NCBI GenBank assembly: GCA_937863945.1
Contig: CALMIB010000097.1
Location: forward strand, 1 to 34,878
Source: an uncultured Longilinea sp.
GTDB taxonomy: Bacteria > Chloroflexota > Anaerolineae > Anaerolineales > Anaerolineaceae
Length of the DNA stretch: 34,878 bases
Reading direction: 5' to 3'
The notes beneath the pieces were generated by a model. It saw only the letters and a list, made by a program, of their open reading frames with translations. It did no database searches and had not been told where the DNA came from. Within the stretch, counting starts at the first letter, position 1; every line of letters starts with the position of its first letter. Shown piece after piece: positions 8,952 through 17,771 of the stretch. Both the position numbers and the translations under genes were made by a program.

Positions 8952-9851
8952 ATGCCCGATTGCGACGTTTTGATCCTGGCAGATTATTTTTGCGATATTG
9001 TCATCACCGGGCTGCCGGAGCCGCCCCGCCTGGGCGCGGACCTGTTTGGCGAGGACATGGACATCGTCCCCGGCGGCGCGTACATCCTGGCGACGGCCAT
9101 GCACCGGCTGGGCGTGCGCGCGCGCTGGATGGCGCGCCTGGGCAACGATCTGTTCAGCCGGTTCATCCACGAAGAGGCCCAACGCGAGGGGCTGGATACT
9201 TCGCTGTTCCAGTTCTACAATCGCCCGCTGCGCAGCGTGAGCATTGCCTTTTCGTTCGTGCACGACCGCGGCTTCATCAGCTATATGGACCCCTTTCCAG
9301 AATCGTTTGCCGAAGGGGTGATCGCCGCGCAAAAGCCGCGCTGGGTGGTCAACGCGCCTTTCGACGGTTCGCCGGAAGCACAGCACTTTGTGGATTTTGT
9401 TCACCTTCACGGCGGCAAGGTGTACACCGATTGTCAGTACACCACGGCCACGCTGGCAGAGCCTGGCCTGAGCGACCTGCTGCGCAAGGTGGATATTTTT
9501 GCGCCCAACCAGAGCGAAGCCTGCCAGTTGACCGGCGAGGCAGATCCGGCGTCTGCCGCGGCGCGGCTGGCCGAGTTTTGCCCGCTGGTCATCGTCAAAG
9601 CCGGCAAGGATGGAGCCTTCGCGCAGGCCGGCCGGCAGACCTGGCATTCGCCCGCGCTGGATGTGCAGGTGGTGGATACCACCGGGGCGGGCGATTCGTT
9701 CAACGCCGGGTTCCTGGCGGCGCACCTGCGCGGCGAGCCGATCGAGACCTGCCTGCGCTACGGCAACATCTGCGGCGGGCTGTCGACGACGCAGCGCGGC
9801 GGCACGGCTGCCGCGCCAACCCTGGCGGAACTGGAGAAGTACTTAAGATAA
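8952..9851 (+). CDS. PfkB/ribokinase-family carbohydrate kinase
   Basis: ATG 1 nt after the GH16 stop; PGG, GNDLFS, PNQSEA, signature DTTGAGDSFNAGF. Confidence 0.9.
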   Translation: MPDCDVLILADYFCDIVITGLPEPPRLGADLFGEDMDIVPGGAYILATAMHRLGVRARWMARLGNDLFSRFIHEEAQREGLDTSLFQFYNRPLRSVSIAFSFVHDRGFISYMDPFPESFAEGVIAAQKPRWVVNAPFDGSPEAQHFVDFVHLHGGKVYTDCQYTTATLAEPGLSDLLRKVDIFAPNQSEACQLTGEADPASAAARLAEFCPLVIVKAGKDGAFAQAGRQTWHSPALDVQVVDTTGAGDSFNAGFLAAHLRGEPIETCLRYGNICGGLSTTQRGGTAAAPTLAELEKYLR

Positions 9852-9865
9852 CCGCGGGAAGAAAA

Positions 9866-9988
9866 TCACTGACACAGAGCACAGAGTTTGAAGATCAATT
9901 GGAGCAAGAACATTTCCAAATCGATGAAATCTTCTCATTTTCTCTTATGCTAAATTATCTTCTCCATCCTTCGTGTCTTCGTGGTAAA
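9866..9988. repeat. AT-rich intergenic segment bounded by short heptamer repeats (CACAGAG x2; CTTCGTG x2)
   Basis: CACAGAG at 9873-9879 and 9880-9886; CTTCGTG at 9969-9975 and 9977-9983 (minus strand reads ACCACGAAGACACGAAG). Confidence 0.45.
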
Positions 9989-10012
9989 TTCCCTCTTACA
10001 GGAGCTTGACTT

Positions 10013-11407
10013 ATGAAACTGACATTGATCGGCGGGGGCGGCGTGCGGTCGCCTTTGTTTGTGATGACCCTGCTGCGCTGGCAGCAGCGCATCGGCGTGA
10101 ATGAGCTGTGCCTGATGGACATCGACGAGCGCAAGCTGGAGCTGTTTGGCGGGCTGTGCCGCGAACTGGTCCACCGCGCCGGCGATCCCTTCACCATCAC
10201 GGCCACCACCGATGCGCGCGCGGCGCTGACCGGCGCCGATCACGTGGTCACCACCATCCGCGCCGGCTTTGAGCAGGGCCGCGCCACCGATGAGCGCATC
10301 GCCCTGCGCCACGGCGTGCTGGGACAGGAAACCACCGGCCCGGGCGGGTTTGCCATGGCGCTGCGCAGCATCCCGGCCATTTTGGGTTACGCCGAACTGC
10401 TGCGCGAGGTGAGCCCGCAGGCCTGGATGTACAACTTCACCAACCCGGCCGGGCTGGTCACGCAGGCGCTGCGCGAGGCAGGTTTCGAGCGCACCATCGG
10501 CATCTGCGACGGGGCCAACGGCGGGCAGGGGGCCGTTGCCGGGTGGGCCGGCGTGGAGCACCGGCGGGTGCGCGCCGAAGTGTTTGGCCTGAATCACCTG
10601 TCGTGGTGCCGGCGCGCCTGGATTGACGGCGAAGACGTGCTGCCGCGCGCCATCGCGGACGACCGCTTTTTACGCGATCACCAGGGCTTATTTGCGCCTG
10701 AACTGGTGCGCCGGGCCGGCATGCACCTGAACGAGTATCTCTACTATTATTATTACGCCGAGCGGGCCGTGGCCGCCATCAGCGCCGAACGCCTGACGCG
10801 CGGCGAAGAGATCGTTGCGCTCAACCGGCAGTTGATCGAGCAGCTCGAAGAAATTGGCGTGCAGCGCAACCCGGAGCGCGCCCTGCGCGCCTTCTTTGGC
10901 TACGAACAGCGGCGCGGCGCCACCTACATGCACTACGCCCGCGCTGCGGGTGAAGGCAGCGGGGAGAGCGTTGTTGATGCGGACCAGGAGCAGCTTTTCG
11001 ACGCCGACATCCCGGCCGAAGGCGGCGAGGGCTACGCCGGCGTGGCGCTTTCGATCATCGAGGCGTTGGAGAAAAATAAACCGCTCTACACCGCGTTGAA
11101 CGTACCCAATGAGACCGCAATCGCCGGCATGGCGGCGGATGACGTGGTGGAGGTGAGCTGCCGGGTGGATGGCAGCGGAATTCAGGTTATCCCCATTGGC
11201 GCGGTGCCCGCGCCGCAGCTTGGCCTGATGAAATCGGTCAAACTGTACGAACGGCTGACCGTGCAGGCCATCCGCGAGCATTCGCGCGAACTGGCCGTCG
11301 AGGCGTTGATGGCGCACCCGCTGGTGCTTTCCTATTCGCGCGCCCGGCCGCTGGTGGAGGAATTTTTGCAGGCGCACCGGGCTTACGTCGGCGATTGGCA
11401 ACTTTAA
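10013..11407 (+). CDS. GH4 NAD+/Mn2+-dependent glycosidase, probably 6-phospho-beta-glucosidase type
   Basis: RBS AGGAG; Rossmann motif IGGGG; GQETTGPGG, NFTNPAG, metal ligands in GIC and GLNHL; GEGY; VVEV; AHPLV. Confidence 0.88.
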   Translation: MKLTLIGGGGVRSPLFVMTLLRWQQRIGVNELCLMDIDERKLELFGGLCRELVHRAGDPFTITATTDARAALTGADHVVTTIRAGFEQGRATDERIALRHGVLGQETTGPGGFAMALRSIPAILGYAELLREVSPQAWMYNFTNPAGLVTQALREAGFERTIGICDGANGGQGAVAGWAGVEHRRVRAEVFGLNHLSWCRRAWIDGEDVLPRAIADDRFLRDHQGLFAPELVRRAGMHLNEYLYYYYYAERAVAAISAERLTRGEEIVALNRQLIEQLEEIGVQRNPERALRAFFGYEQRRGATYMHYARAAGEGSGESVVDADQEQLFDADIPAEGGEGYAGVALSIIEALEKNKPLYTALNVPNETAIAGMAADDVVEVSCRVDGSGIQVIPIGAVPAPQLGLMKSVKLYERLTVQAIREHSRELAVEALMAHPLVLSYSRARPLVEEFLQAHRAYVGDWQL

Positions 11408-11627
11408 TGGGCCTGGAAATCGAAAAGAGCGGCTTTTTGCGCGAATTTTATTCGAGAATCATCCTATAATTATCACAAATTACACATTGAAAAACCGTTC
11501 AAGAGCGGTTATGCTTTTGCTTGAGTGCGGTTGAATTCCCCCCTTTGCAAGCAAGTTGTGATTCACTCTCAACCTGGCTGGTGAAATGCGGTTGACATCA
11601 GTAAGCGCATCAAGAAGGGAGACGGAT

Positions 11628-12919
11628 ATGACTATGGCGCTGGATAATATTCTGGCAGTGATCCTGGGAGGTGGCCGCGGCAGCCGGTTGTTTCCTCTGA
11701 CCAAAATGCGCTCCAAACCGGCCGTACCCATGGCCGGCAAATACCGCTTGATTGACATCCCAATCAGCAACTGCATCAACTCGGGCATTTACCGCATCGC
11801 CGTACTGACGCAGTTCAACTCGGTCAGCCTGCACCGGCACATCACCCGCACCTACCAGTTTGACACTTTCCATGCCGGCTGGGTGCAAATCTGGGCGGCC
11901 GAGCAGACCATGAGCCATGCCGAGTGGTACCAGGGCACCGCAGATGCCGTGCGCAAGCAGATCAACGAAATCCGCACGACTGCCGCGGAATACACGTTGA
12001 TCCTGGCGGGCGATCACCTGTACCGCATGGATTATGCCGCCATGGCCAAATTCCACTTCGACCTGGATGCCGATATCACCGTGGCGGTGCAGCCGGTGCC
12101 GCGCGAAGAGGCATCGCGGTTGGGGCTGCTCAAACGCGGCGAGAATTTCCGCATTACGCGCTTTGCCGAAAAGCCCAAAGATCCGGCCGTATTGGAAGAA
12201 ATGGTCAGCCTGAAGGACGAAAAACGGCCCTTCCTGGGCTCGATGGGTATCTATCTCTTCAAAACCGACGTACTTTTTAAGATGCTGGAAGGCACGGCCT
12301 ATACCGATTTTGCGGCGAGATTATTCCAAAATCGATCGAGTCCTACAAAGTGGTCGGTTATGATTTTGATGACTACTGGGCCGATATCGGAACGATTCGC
12401 TCGTTTTACGATACCAACCTGGCGCTGGCGTCGCCCAACCCGCCTTTTGATTTTTACGATCCCAAACGCCCAATCTATTCGCACCCGCGCTTTTTACCGG
12501 GCTCCATTATTCACAACAGCAAGCTGGAAAATGTACTGCTGTCGGAAGGCTGCTGCATTGAAAACGCCGAATTGATTAATTGCGTGGTGGGCGTGCGCAC
12601 CCAGATTCGCGCCGGCGTAAAGCTGACTAACACGATTTTAATGGGCGCAGATTATTATGATGAAAAATCCTGTTCGCCCAGCCCCGAGGATGGACACGTG
12701 CCGATTGGCATTGGCGAGGGATCCATCATTGACGGCGCCATCATTGATAAAAATGCGCGCATCGGGCGGGGGGTGATCATCCGGGCATTCCCCCGCGATT
12801 ATAAGGATGTGGATGGCGATACCTGGTTTGTGCGCGATGGGGTGGTGGTCATCCCGAAAAGCGCGACCATTCTGCCGGGAACGGTGATTGGCCCCGAGAT
12901 CCCGGAACAAATGGATTAA
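11628..12919 (+). pseudogene. glgC: Glucose-1-phosphate adenylyltransferase, frameshifted at about 12312 (true lesion or assembly error)
   Basis: ILGGGRGSRLFPLT, KPAVP, WYQGTADAV, EKP and SMGIY lie in one frame; YWADIGT and the left-handed beta-helix lie in another. One extra G at 12312 restores DFGGEIIP. Confidence 0.88.
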
Positions 12920-12980
12920 TCCGGAATTGACGGGCAGGATGTCCTGCCTGCCCGAACTCTGTTTAGAGGAGAATTTGCTC

Positions 12981-15929
12981 ATGACACTCAAAGAAAGTGA
13001 GAAGCCTGCGCCCGCCGCGCCTGATATGGAAATTACCTGGCATGCGATGAGCACGGAGCAGGTGCTGGAGGAGCTCCAGGTGCCCCTGGAAAACGGGTTG
13101 ACAACCGAAGAAGCTGCCCGCCGGTTGGAAAAATATGGCCCCAACCAGTTGCAGGAAGCGCCCCGTCGAAGCTTCATTATGCTGGTGCTGGACCAACTCA
13201 AGAGCCTGGTGATCATCCTGTTGATCATCGCATCCGTTATCTCAGCCCTGCTCGGCGAAACCGTTGATGCGATCGCCATTATTTCGATCGTCATTCTCAA
13301 CGCCGTGCTGGGCGTCATCCAGGAAAGCCGCGCCGAACAGGCCCTGGCGGCATTGAAGAAGCTGGCCGCGCCTGAAGCCCAGGTGCTGCGCGACGGGCAC
13401 CGCACTTCCATTCCCGCGCGCGAGCTGGTGCCCGGCGATGTGGTTTTCCTGGAAGCCGGCAACTTCATCCCGGCCGACATTCGCCTGCTGGAAGCGGTCA
13501 ACCTGAAAGTGGAAGAAGCCGCGCTGACCGGCGAATCGACCGCGGTGCAAAAGAACGCCTCGGTCGTGTTGCTGCCGGACGCGCCGTTGGGCGACCGCAA
13601 GAACACCGTCTTTATGGGTACGGTGGTCTCCTACGGGCGCGGGCACGGCGTGGTGGCCTCCACCGGCATGCACACCCAGCTCGGCCTGATCGCCACCATG
13701 CTGCAAGCGGTGGAGGAGGAAGAGACCCCGCTGCAAAAACGCCTGGACGACCTGGGCAAGACCCTGGTTTACGGCTCGTTGATCGTTGTAGCGCTGGTGT
13801 TCATCATCGGTTTTATCCGCGCGCTCGACTCGATCGGCGGCTGGTCGCAGATCTTCACCGAGAACGGCCTGCAGGAAATTGTTGACCTGTTCATGATCGC
13901 GGTCAGCCTGGCGATTGCCGCCGTGCCGGAAGGCCTGCCGGCGGTGGTGACCATTAGCCTGGCGCTGGGCATGCAGGAAATGGTGCGCCGCCACGCGCTC
14001 ATCCGGCGGCTTTCGTCGGTGGAAACGCTCGGCTCGGCCACCGTTATCTGCTCGGATAAGACCGGCACGCTCACGCAAAACGCCATGACCGTCACGCGCA
14101 TCTGGGTGGACGGGCATTTCATCGATATCAGCGGCGCCGGCTATAAACCCGAGGGCGAATTCTTCCATGAGGGCAAGAAGATCGATATCCGCGATTTTCC
14201 CGGCGCGCTGACCACGCTGTGGATTGGCGCGTTGAACAACGATGCCCAACTGGATCAATTCACCTCCGAGGACGGTGAGATCACGCACCGCATCGTGGGC
14301 GACCCGACCGAAGGTTCGATCCTGGTGGCGGCGGCCAAGGCCGGCCTGATGACCGAAACCATGCACTCGGCTTTCCCGCGCTCGGGCGAAATCCCGTTTG
14401 ATTCGGTGCGCAAGCGTATGGTCACCGTGCACACGCTGGTGGACCCGCGCATGGAAATTGCGCCCGCGATTGTAGCCGGCCGCAGCGAGCAGTACGCCAT
14501 CGCCGTCAAGGGCGCGCCGGACGTAGTGCTTGGACTGTGCGCCTATTATCTCAATATTGACGACCGTACGGTGAAGCCGCTGGATGATGCAGCCCGGCAG
14601 GCAATCCTGGCCGCCAACGACGCGCTCACCCAGGATGCGCTGCGCGTGTTGGGCATGGCCTACCGCGTCATTGCGTCGATGCCCGACCAGGAAAACAATG
14701 ATGAACTGGAGAAGGATTTGATTTTTACCGGCCTGGTGGGCATGATTGACCCGGCCCGCCCCGAGGTGAAACCGGCGCTGTTGACCGCGCGCGGCGCGGG
14801 CATTCGCACCATCATGATTACCGGCGATTATCCCAACACGGCCCGCGCGATCGCCCAGTCGATCAGCCTGCTGCGCCCCGGGCACGAGGTGCGTACCGGC
14901 GCCGAGCTGAACGACCTGAGCGACGAGCAAATGCGCGAGGTGGTCAAGACCACCGACGTGTTTGCCCGCGTTTCGCCCGAGCACAAGATGCGCATCGTCG
15001 ATGCGCTGCGCGCCAACGATGAAGTGGTGGCCATGACCGGCGACGGCGTCAACGACGCCCCGGCCATCAAGCTCGCCGACATCGGCGTGGCGATGGGCAT
15101 TACCGGCACCGATGTGGCCAAGGAAACCGCCGACATGGTGCTGACCGACGACAACTACGCCACCATCGTTTCGGCCGTCGAACAGGGCCGCATCATCTAC
15201 GCCAATATCCGCAAATTCGTCTTCTTCCTGCTCTCGTCCAACGTGGCCGAGATCATGATCATCTTCCTGGCCACGCTGACCGGGCTGCCCACGCCGCTGA
15301 CCGCCATTCAACTGCTGTGGCTCAACCTGCTCACCGACGGCGCTCCGGCGCTGGCCCTGGCGATGGAAAAAGGCGACCCGGATACCATGCAGCAGAAGCC
15401 GCGCGCCAAGAACGAGCCGATCATCAACAAGACGATGGGCATCGGCATTGCCGTGCAGACGGTTGCCCAGACCGGCGCTGTGCTGACCGCCTTCCTGATC
15501 GGCCTGGCCTGGCACCTGGAAGCTGGAGCAATCGTTCCGCAGGGCATGAGCACTTTTGCCTACCTGTTCCAGCACAACTGGAACGGCGTGGACGTGCAGA
15601 CCGCTGAGACGATGGCCTTTATGACGCTCTCGCTGTGCGAGCTTTTCCGCGCCTACACAGTCCGCTCGGAACGCGCTTCAATCTTCCAACTGGGTGTATT
15701 CTCCAACAAATGGATGCAGTATGCCGTAGGTTTGTCCATCCTGCTGCTGGTGCTGGTGGTGACCGTGCCTTTCCTGCAGCCGATCTTCAACACGCACAAC
15801 CCGACCGGCACCGAATGGGCGATCGTATTCGGCCTGGCGGTCATCCCGGCCATTGCCGAAGAGATCACCAAGTTCTTCCTGCGCCGCGCCGATGCGAAGG
15901 AGCGCGCTCTGCGGGCGGAGGCGGAGTAA
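12981..15929 (+). CDS. Cation-translocating P-type ATPase (P2A, Ca2+-ATPase-like)
   Basis: RBS GAGGAG before ATG 12981; LTGES, VPEGL, phosphorylation site DKTGTLT, KGAP, MITGD, GDGVNDAPA, LWLNLLTDG. Confidence 0.95.
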   Translation: MTLKESEKPAPAAPDMEITWHAMSTEQVLEELQVPLENGLTTEEAARRLEKYGPNQLQEAPRRSFIMLVLDQLKSLVIILLIIASVISALLGETVDAIAIISIVILNAVLGVIQESRAEQALAALKKLAAPEAQVLRDGHRTSIPARELVPGDVVFLEAGNFIPADIRLLEAVNLKVEEAALTGESTAVQKNASVVLLPDAPLGDRKNTVFMGTVVSYGRGHGVVASTGMHTQLGLIATMLQAVEEEETPLQKRLDDLGKTLVYGSLIVVALVFIIGFIRALDSIGGWSQIFTENGLQEIVDLFMIAVSLAIAAVPEGLPAVVTISLALGMQEMVRRHALIRRLSSVETLGSATVICSDKTGTLTQNAMTVTRIWVDGHFIDISGAGYKPEGEFFHEGKKIDIRDFPGALTTLWIGALNNDAQLDQFTSEDGEITHRIVGDPTEGSILVAAAKAGLMTETMHSAFPRSGEIPFDSVRKRMVTVHTLVDPRMEIAPAIVAGRSEQYAIAVKGAPDVVLGLCAYYLNIDDRTVKPLDDAARQAILAANDALTQDALRVLGMAYRVIASMPDQENNDELEKDLIFTGLVGMIDPARPEVKPALLTARGAGIRTIMITGDYPNTARAIAQSISLLRPGHEVRTGAELNDLSDEQMREVVKTTDVFARVSPEHKMRIVDALRANDEVVAMTGDGVNDAPAIKLADIGVAMGITGTDVAKETADMVLTDDNYATIVSAVEQGRIIYANIRKFVFFLLSSNVAEIMIIFLATLTGLPTPLTAIQLLWLNLLTDGAPALALAMEKGDPDTMQQKPRAKNEPIINKTMGIGIAVQTVAQTGAVLTAFLIGLAWHLEAGAIVPQGMSTFAYLFQHNWNGVDVQTAETMAFMTLSLCELFRAYTVRSERASIFQLGVFSNKWMQYAVGLSILLLVLVVTVPFLQPIFNTHNPTGTEWAIVFGLAVIPAIAEEITKFFLRRADAKERALRAEAE

Positions 15930-15952
15930 TTCAAGTTTTCCGCCATGCGCGC

Positions 15953-16144
15953 TGGGCCGGTCTGAGGCCGGGAAAGCGAAGCGGTTTTGGTCTCTGACCA
16001 AAACCATCCAAACCACACGATGGGGCCGGTCTCTGACCGGCCCCTTTCTTGCGGGTTGTCGCCGGGGCAAGGCCCGGCGGCGCGGGATGTGGTTCGGAGG
16101 CCAAAACCATCCAAGGGCAAGGTGGGGCCGGTCTCTGACCAACC
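15953..16144. repeat. Cluster of REP-like palindromes with GGTC-TCT-GACC core
   Basis: Perfect hairpins GGTTTTGGTC-TCT-GACCAAAACC (15983-16005) and GGGGCCGGTC-TCT-GACCGGCCCC (16022-16044). The unit CCAAAACCATCCAA-N8/9-TGGGGCCGGTCTCTGACC occurs at 15998-16038 and 16101-16140. Confidence 0.75.
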
Positions 16145-16176
16145 TTAACTGAAACGCACCCGGCTTGTATGGGCCG

Positions 16177-16205
16177 TTGATTGGATGTATGGGGAGTGGT
16201 AGAAT
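16177..16205 (+). promoter_or_regulatory. Sigma70-type promoter for pdxST
   Basis: -35 TTGATT (16177-16182), 17-bp spacer, extended -10 TGgTAGAAT (TAGAAT at 16200-16205). Confidence 0.6.
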
Positions 16206-16284
16206 CAAAACCAGGAGCGAAAGAATGCGCCGCCTTGCCGGGAGTGGTTCCCGCAGGGTTTTAGTATTTATCTTGGAGGCATGA

Positions 16285-17172
16285 ATGGATCAGCAGGTAG
16301 CGACCTTTGCGGTGAAATCGGGCCTGGCTCAAATGCTCAAGGGCGGCGTGATCATGGATGTGGTCACGCCGGACCACGCGCGCATCGCGGAAGACGCCGG
16401 CGCGTGCGCCGTGATGGCGCTGGAACGCGTTCCCGCCGATATCCGCGCCAACGGCGGCGTGGCGCGCATGAGCGACCCCGATTTGATCGAGCGCATTATG
16501 GCCACCGTTTCGATCCCGGTGATGGCCAAGTGCCGCATTGGTCATTTTGTCGAGGCGCAGATCCTCGAGGCCATTGGCGTGGATTATATCGATGAATCCG
16601 AGGTGCTGACCCCGGCGGACGAGGAGCACCATATCAATAAGCATGCCTTTAAGGTGCCGTTCGTGTGCGGCTGCCGTAACCTGGGCGAGGCGCTGCGGCG
16701 CGTGGGCGAAGGTGCGGCCATGATCCGCACCAAGGGCGAGGCCGGTACCGGCGACGTGGGGGAGGCCGTGCGCCACGCGCGCACCGTGATGGGCCAGATT
16801 CGCCACCTGCAAAACCTGCCCGACGAAGAGCTGATGGCCTTCGCCAAGGAAAACGGCGCGCCCTATGAGCTGGTGGTGGAAACCAAACGCCTGGGCCGGC
16901 TGCCGGTGGTCAACTTTGCTGCGGGCGGCGTGGCCACCCCGGCGGATGCCGCCCTGATGATGCAGCTCGGCGTGGACGGCGTCTTCGTCGGTTCGGGCAT
17001 CTTCAAATCCGGCGACCCGGCCAAACGCGCCGCGGCAATTGTGAAGGCCGTGACGCACTATAACGACCCGGCCGTGCTGGCTGAGGTCAGCCGCAACCTG
17101 GGCGAGGCAATGGTCGGGCGCAACGTGACCAGCATCCCCGAAAATGAGCTGCTGGCCGGACGGGGCTGGTAG
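16285..17172 (+). CDS. pdxS: Pyridoxal 5'-phosphate synthase lyase subunit
   Basis: [52 protein letters not shown]; RBS GGAGG. Confidence 0.98.
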   Translation: MDQQVATFAVKSGLAQMLKGGVIMDVVTPDHARIAEDAGACAVMALERVPADIRANGGVARMSDPDLIERIMATVSIPVMAKCRIGHFVEAQILEAIGVDYIDESEVLTPADEEHHINKHAFKVPFVCGCRNLGEALRRVGEGAAMIRTKGEAGTGDVGEAVRHARTVMGQIRHLQNLPDEELMAFAKENGAPYELVVETKRLGRLPVVNFAAGGVATPADAALMMQLGVDGVFVGSGIFKSGDPAKRAAAIVKAVTHYNDPAVLAEVSRNLGEAMVGRNVTSIPENELLAGRGW

Positions 17173-17177
17173 AAAGC

Positions 17178-17771
17178 ATGCGGATTGGCGTACTCGCGCT
17201 GCAGGGCGCGTTTCACGAACACCAGGTGATGCTGGAGCGCCTGGGCGCCGAAGTGCGCCAGGTGCGCCTGCCCGCTCACCTGGACGGGCTGGACGGATTG
17301 ATCATTCCCGGCGGCGAGTCGACCACCATCGGCAAACTGGCGGTGGATTTTAACCTGATGGAGCCGCTGAAGACCTTTGCGGCGGAACATGCGCTGTGGG
17401 GCACCTGCGCCGGCGCCATTTTCATGGCGCGCGAGGTGGGCCGCCCGCAGCCGCTGCTGGGGTTGATGGATATTGTCATTGAGCGCAACGCGTTTGGCCG
17501 CCAGGTGGCCAGTTTTGAGACCGACCTGGACGTGCCCGCGCTGCGGCATTTGAATGGAGGCGGCAAAGCCTATCACGCCGTGTTCATCCGTGCCCCGTTG
17601 ATCGAAGCGGTGCGCGGAACGGCCGCGGCGCTGGCCGCGCTGCCCGACGGGCGCATTGTGGCCGCCCGCCAGGGCCGCTGGCTGGCAACGTCGTTCCACC
17701 CGGAACTGACCCAGGACGACCGCTTCCATCGGTATTTTTTGGAGATGGCGCAATCGAAATCCGAGCGTTAG
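17178..17771 (+). CDS. pdxT: Pyridoxal 5'-phosphate synthase glutaminase subunit
   Basis: GVLALQG, PGGESTT, GTCAG, RNAFGRQ, FIRAP, FHPE. Confidence 0.97.
   Translation: MRIGVLALQGAFHEHQVMLERLGAEVRQVRLPAHLDGLDGLIIPGGESTTIGKLAVDFNLMEPLKTFAAEHALWGTCAGAIFMAREVGRPQPLLGLMDIVIERNAFGRQVASFETDLDVPALRHLNGGGKAYHAVFIRAPLIEAVRGTAAALAALPDGRIVAARQGRWLATSFHPELTQDDRFHRYFLEMAQSKSER

Noticed and set aside
11408-11627. CRP- or Rex-like sites and an sRNA in the AT-rich glgC upstream region
   Set aside because: Only half-site matches (TTGTGA, TCACAA), a TATAAT without a clear -35, and one weak hairpin; not enough support.
13242-15575. Long antisense and alternate-frame ORFs (e.g. 13242-15575, 18841-20655, 30784-32391, 4843-6234)
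   Set aside because: These are shadow ORFs expected opposite GC-rich genes with strong codon bias; they have no recognisable motifs.
15953-16144. Possible mini-CRISPR array
   Set aside because: The repeats are not identical or regularly spaced with unique spacers, and there are no cas genes; a REP-like cluster fits better.
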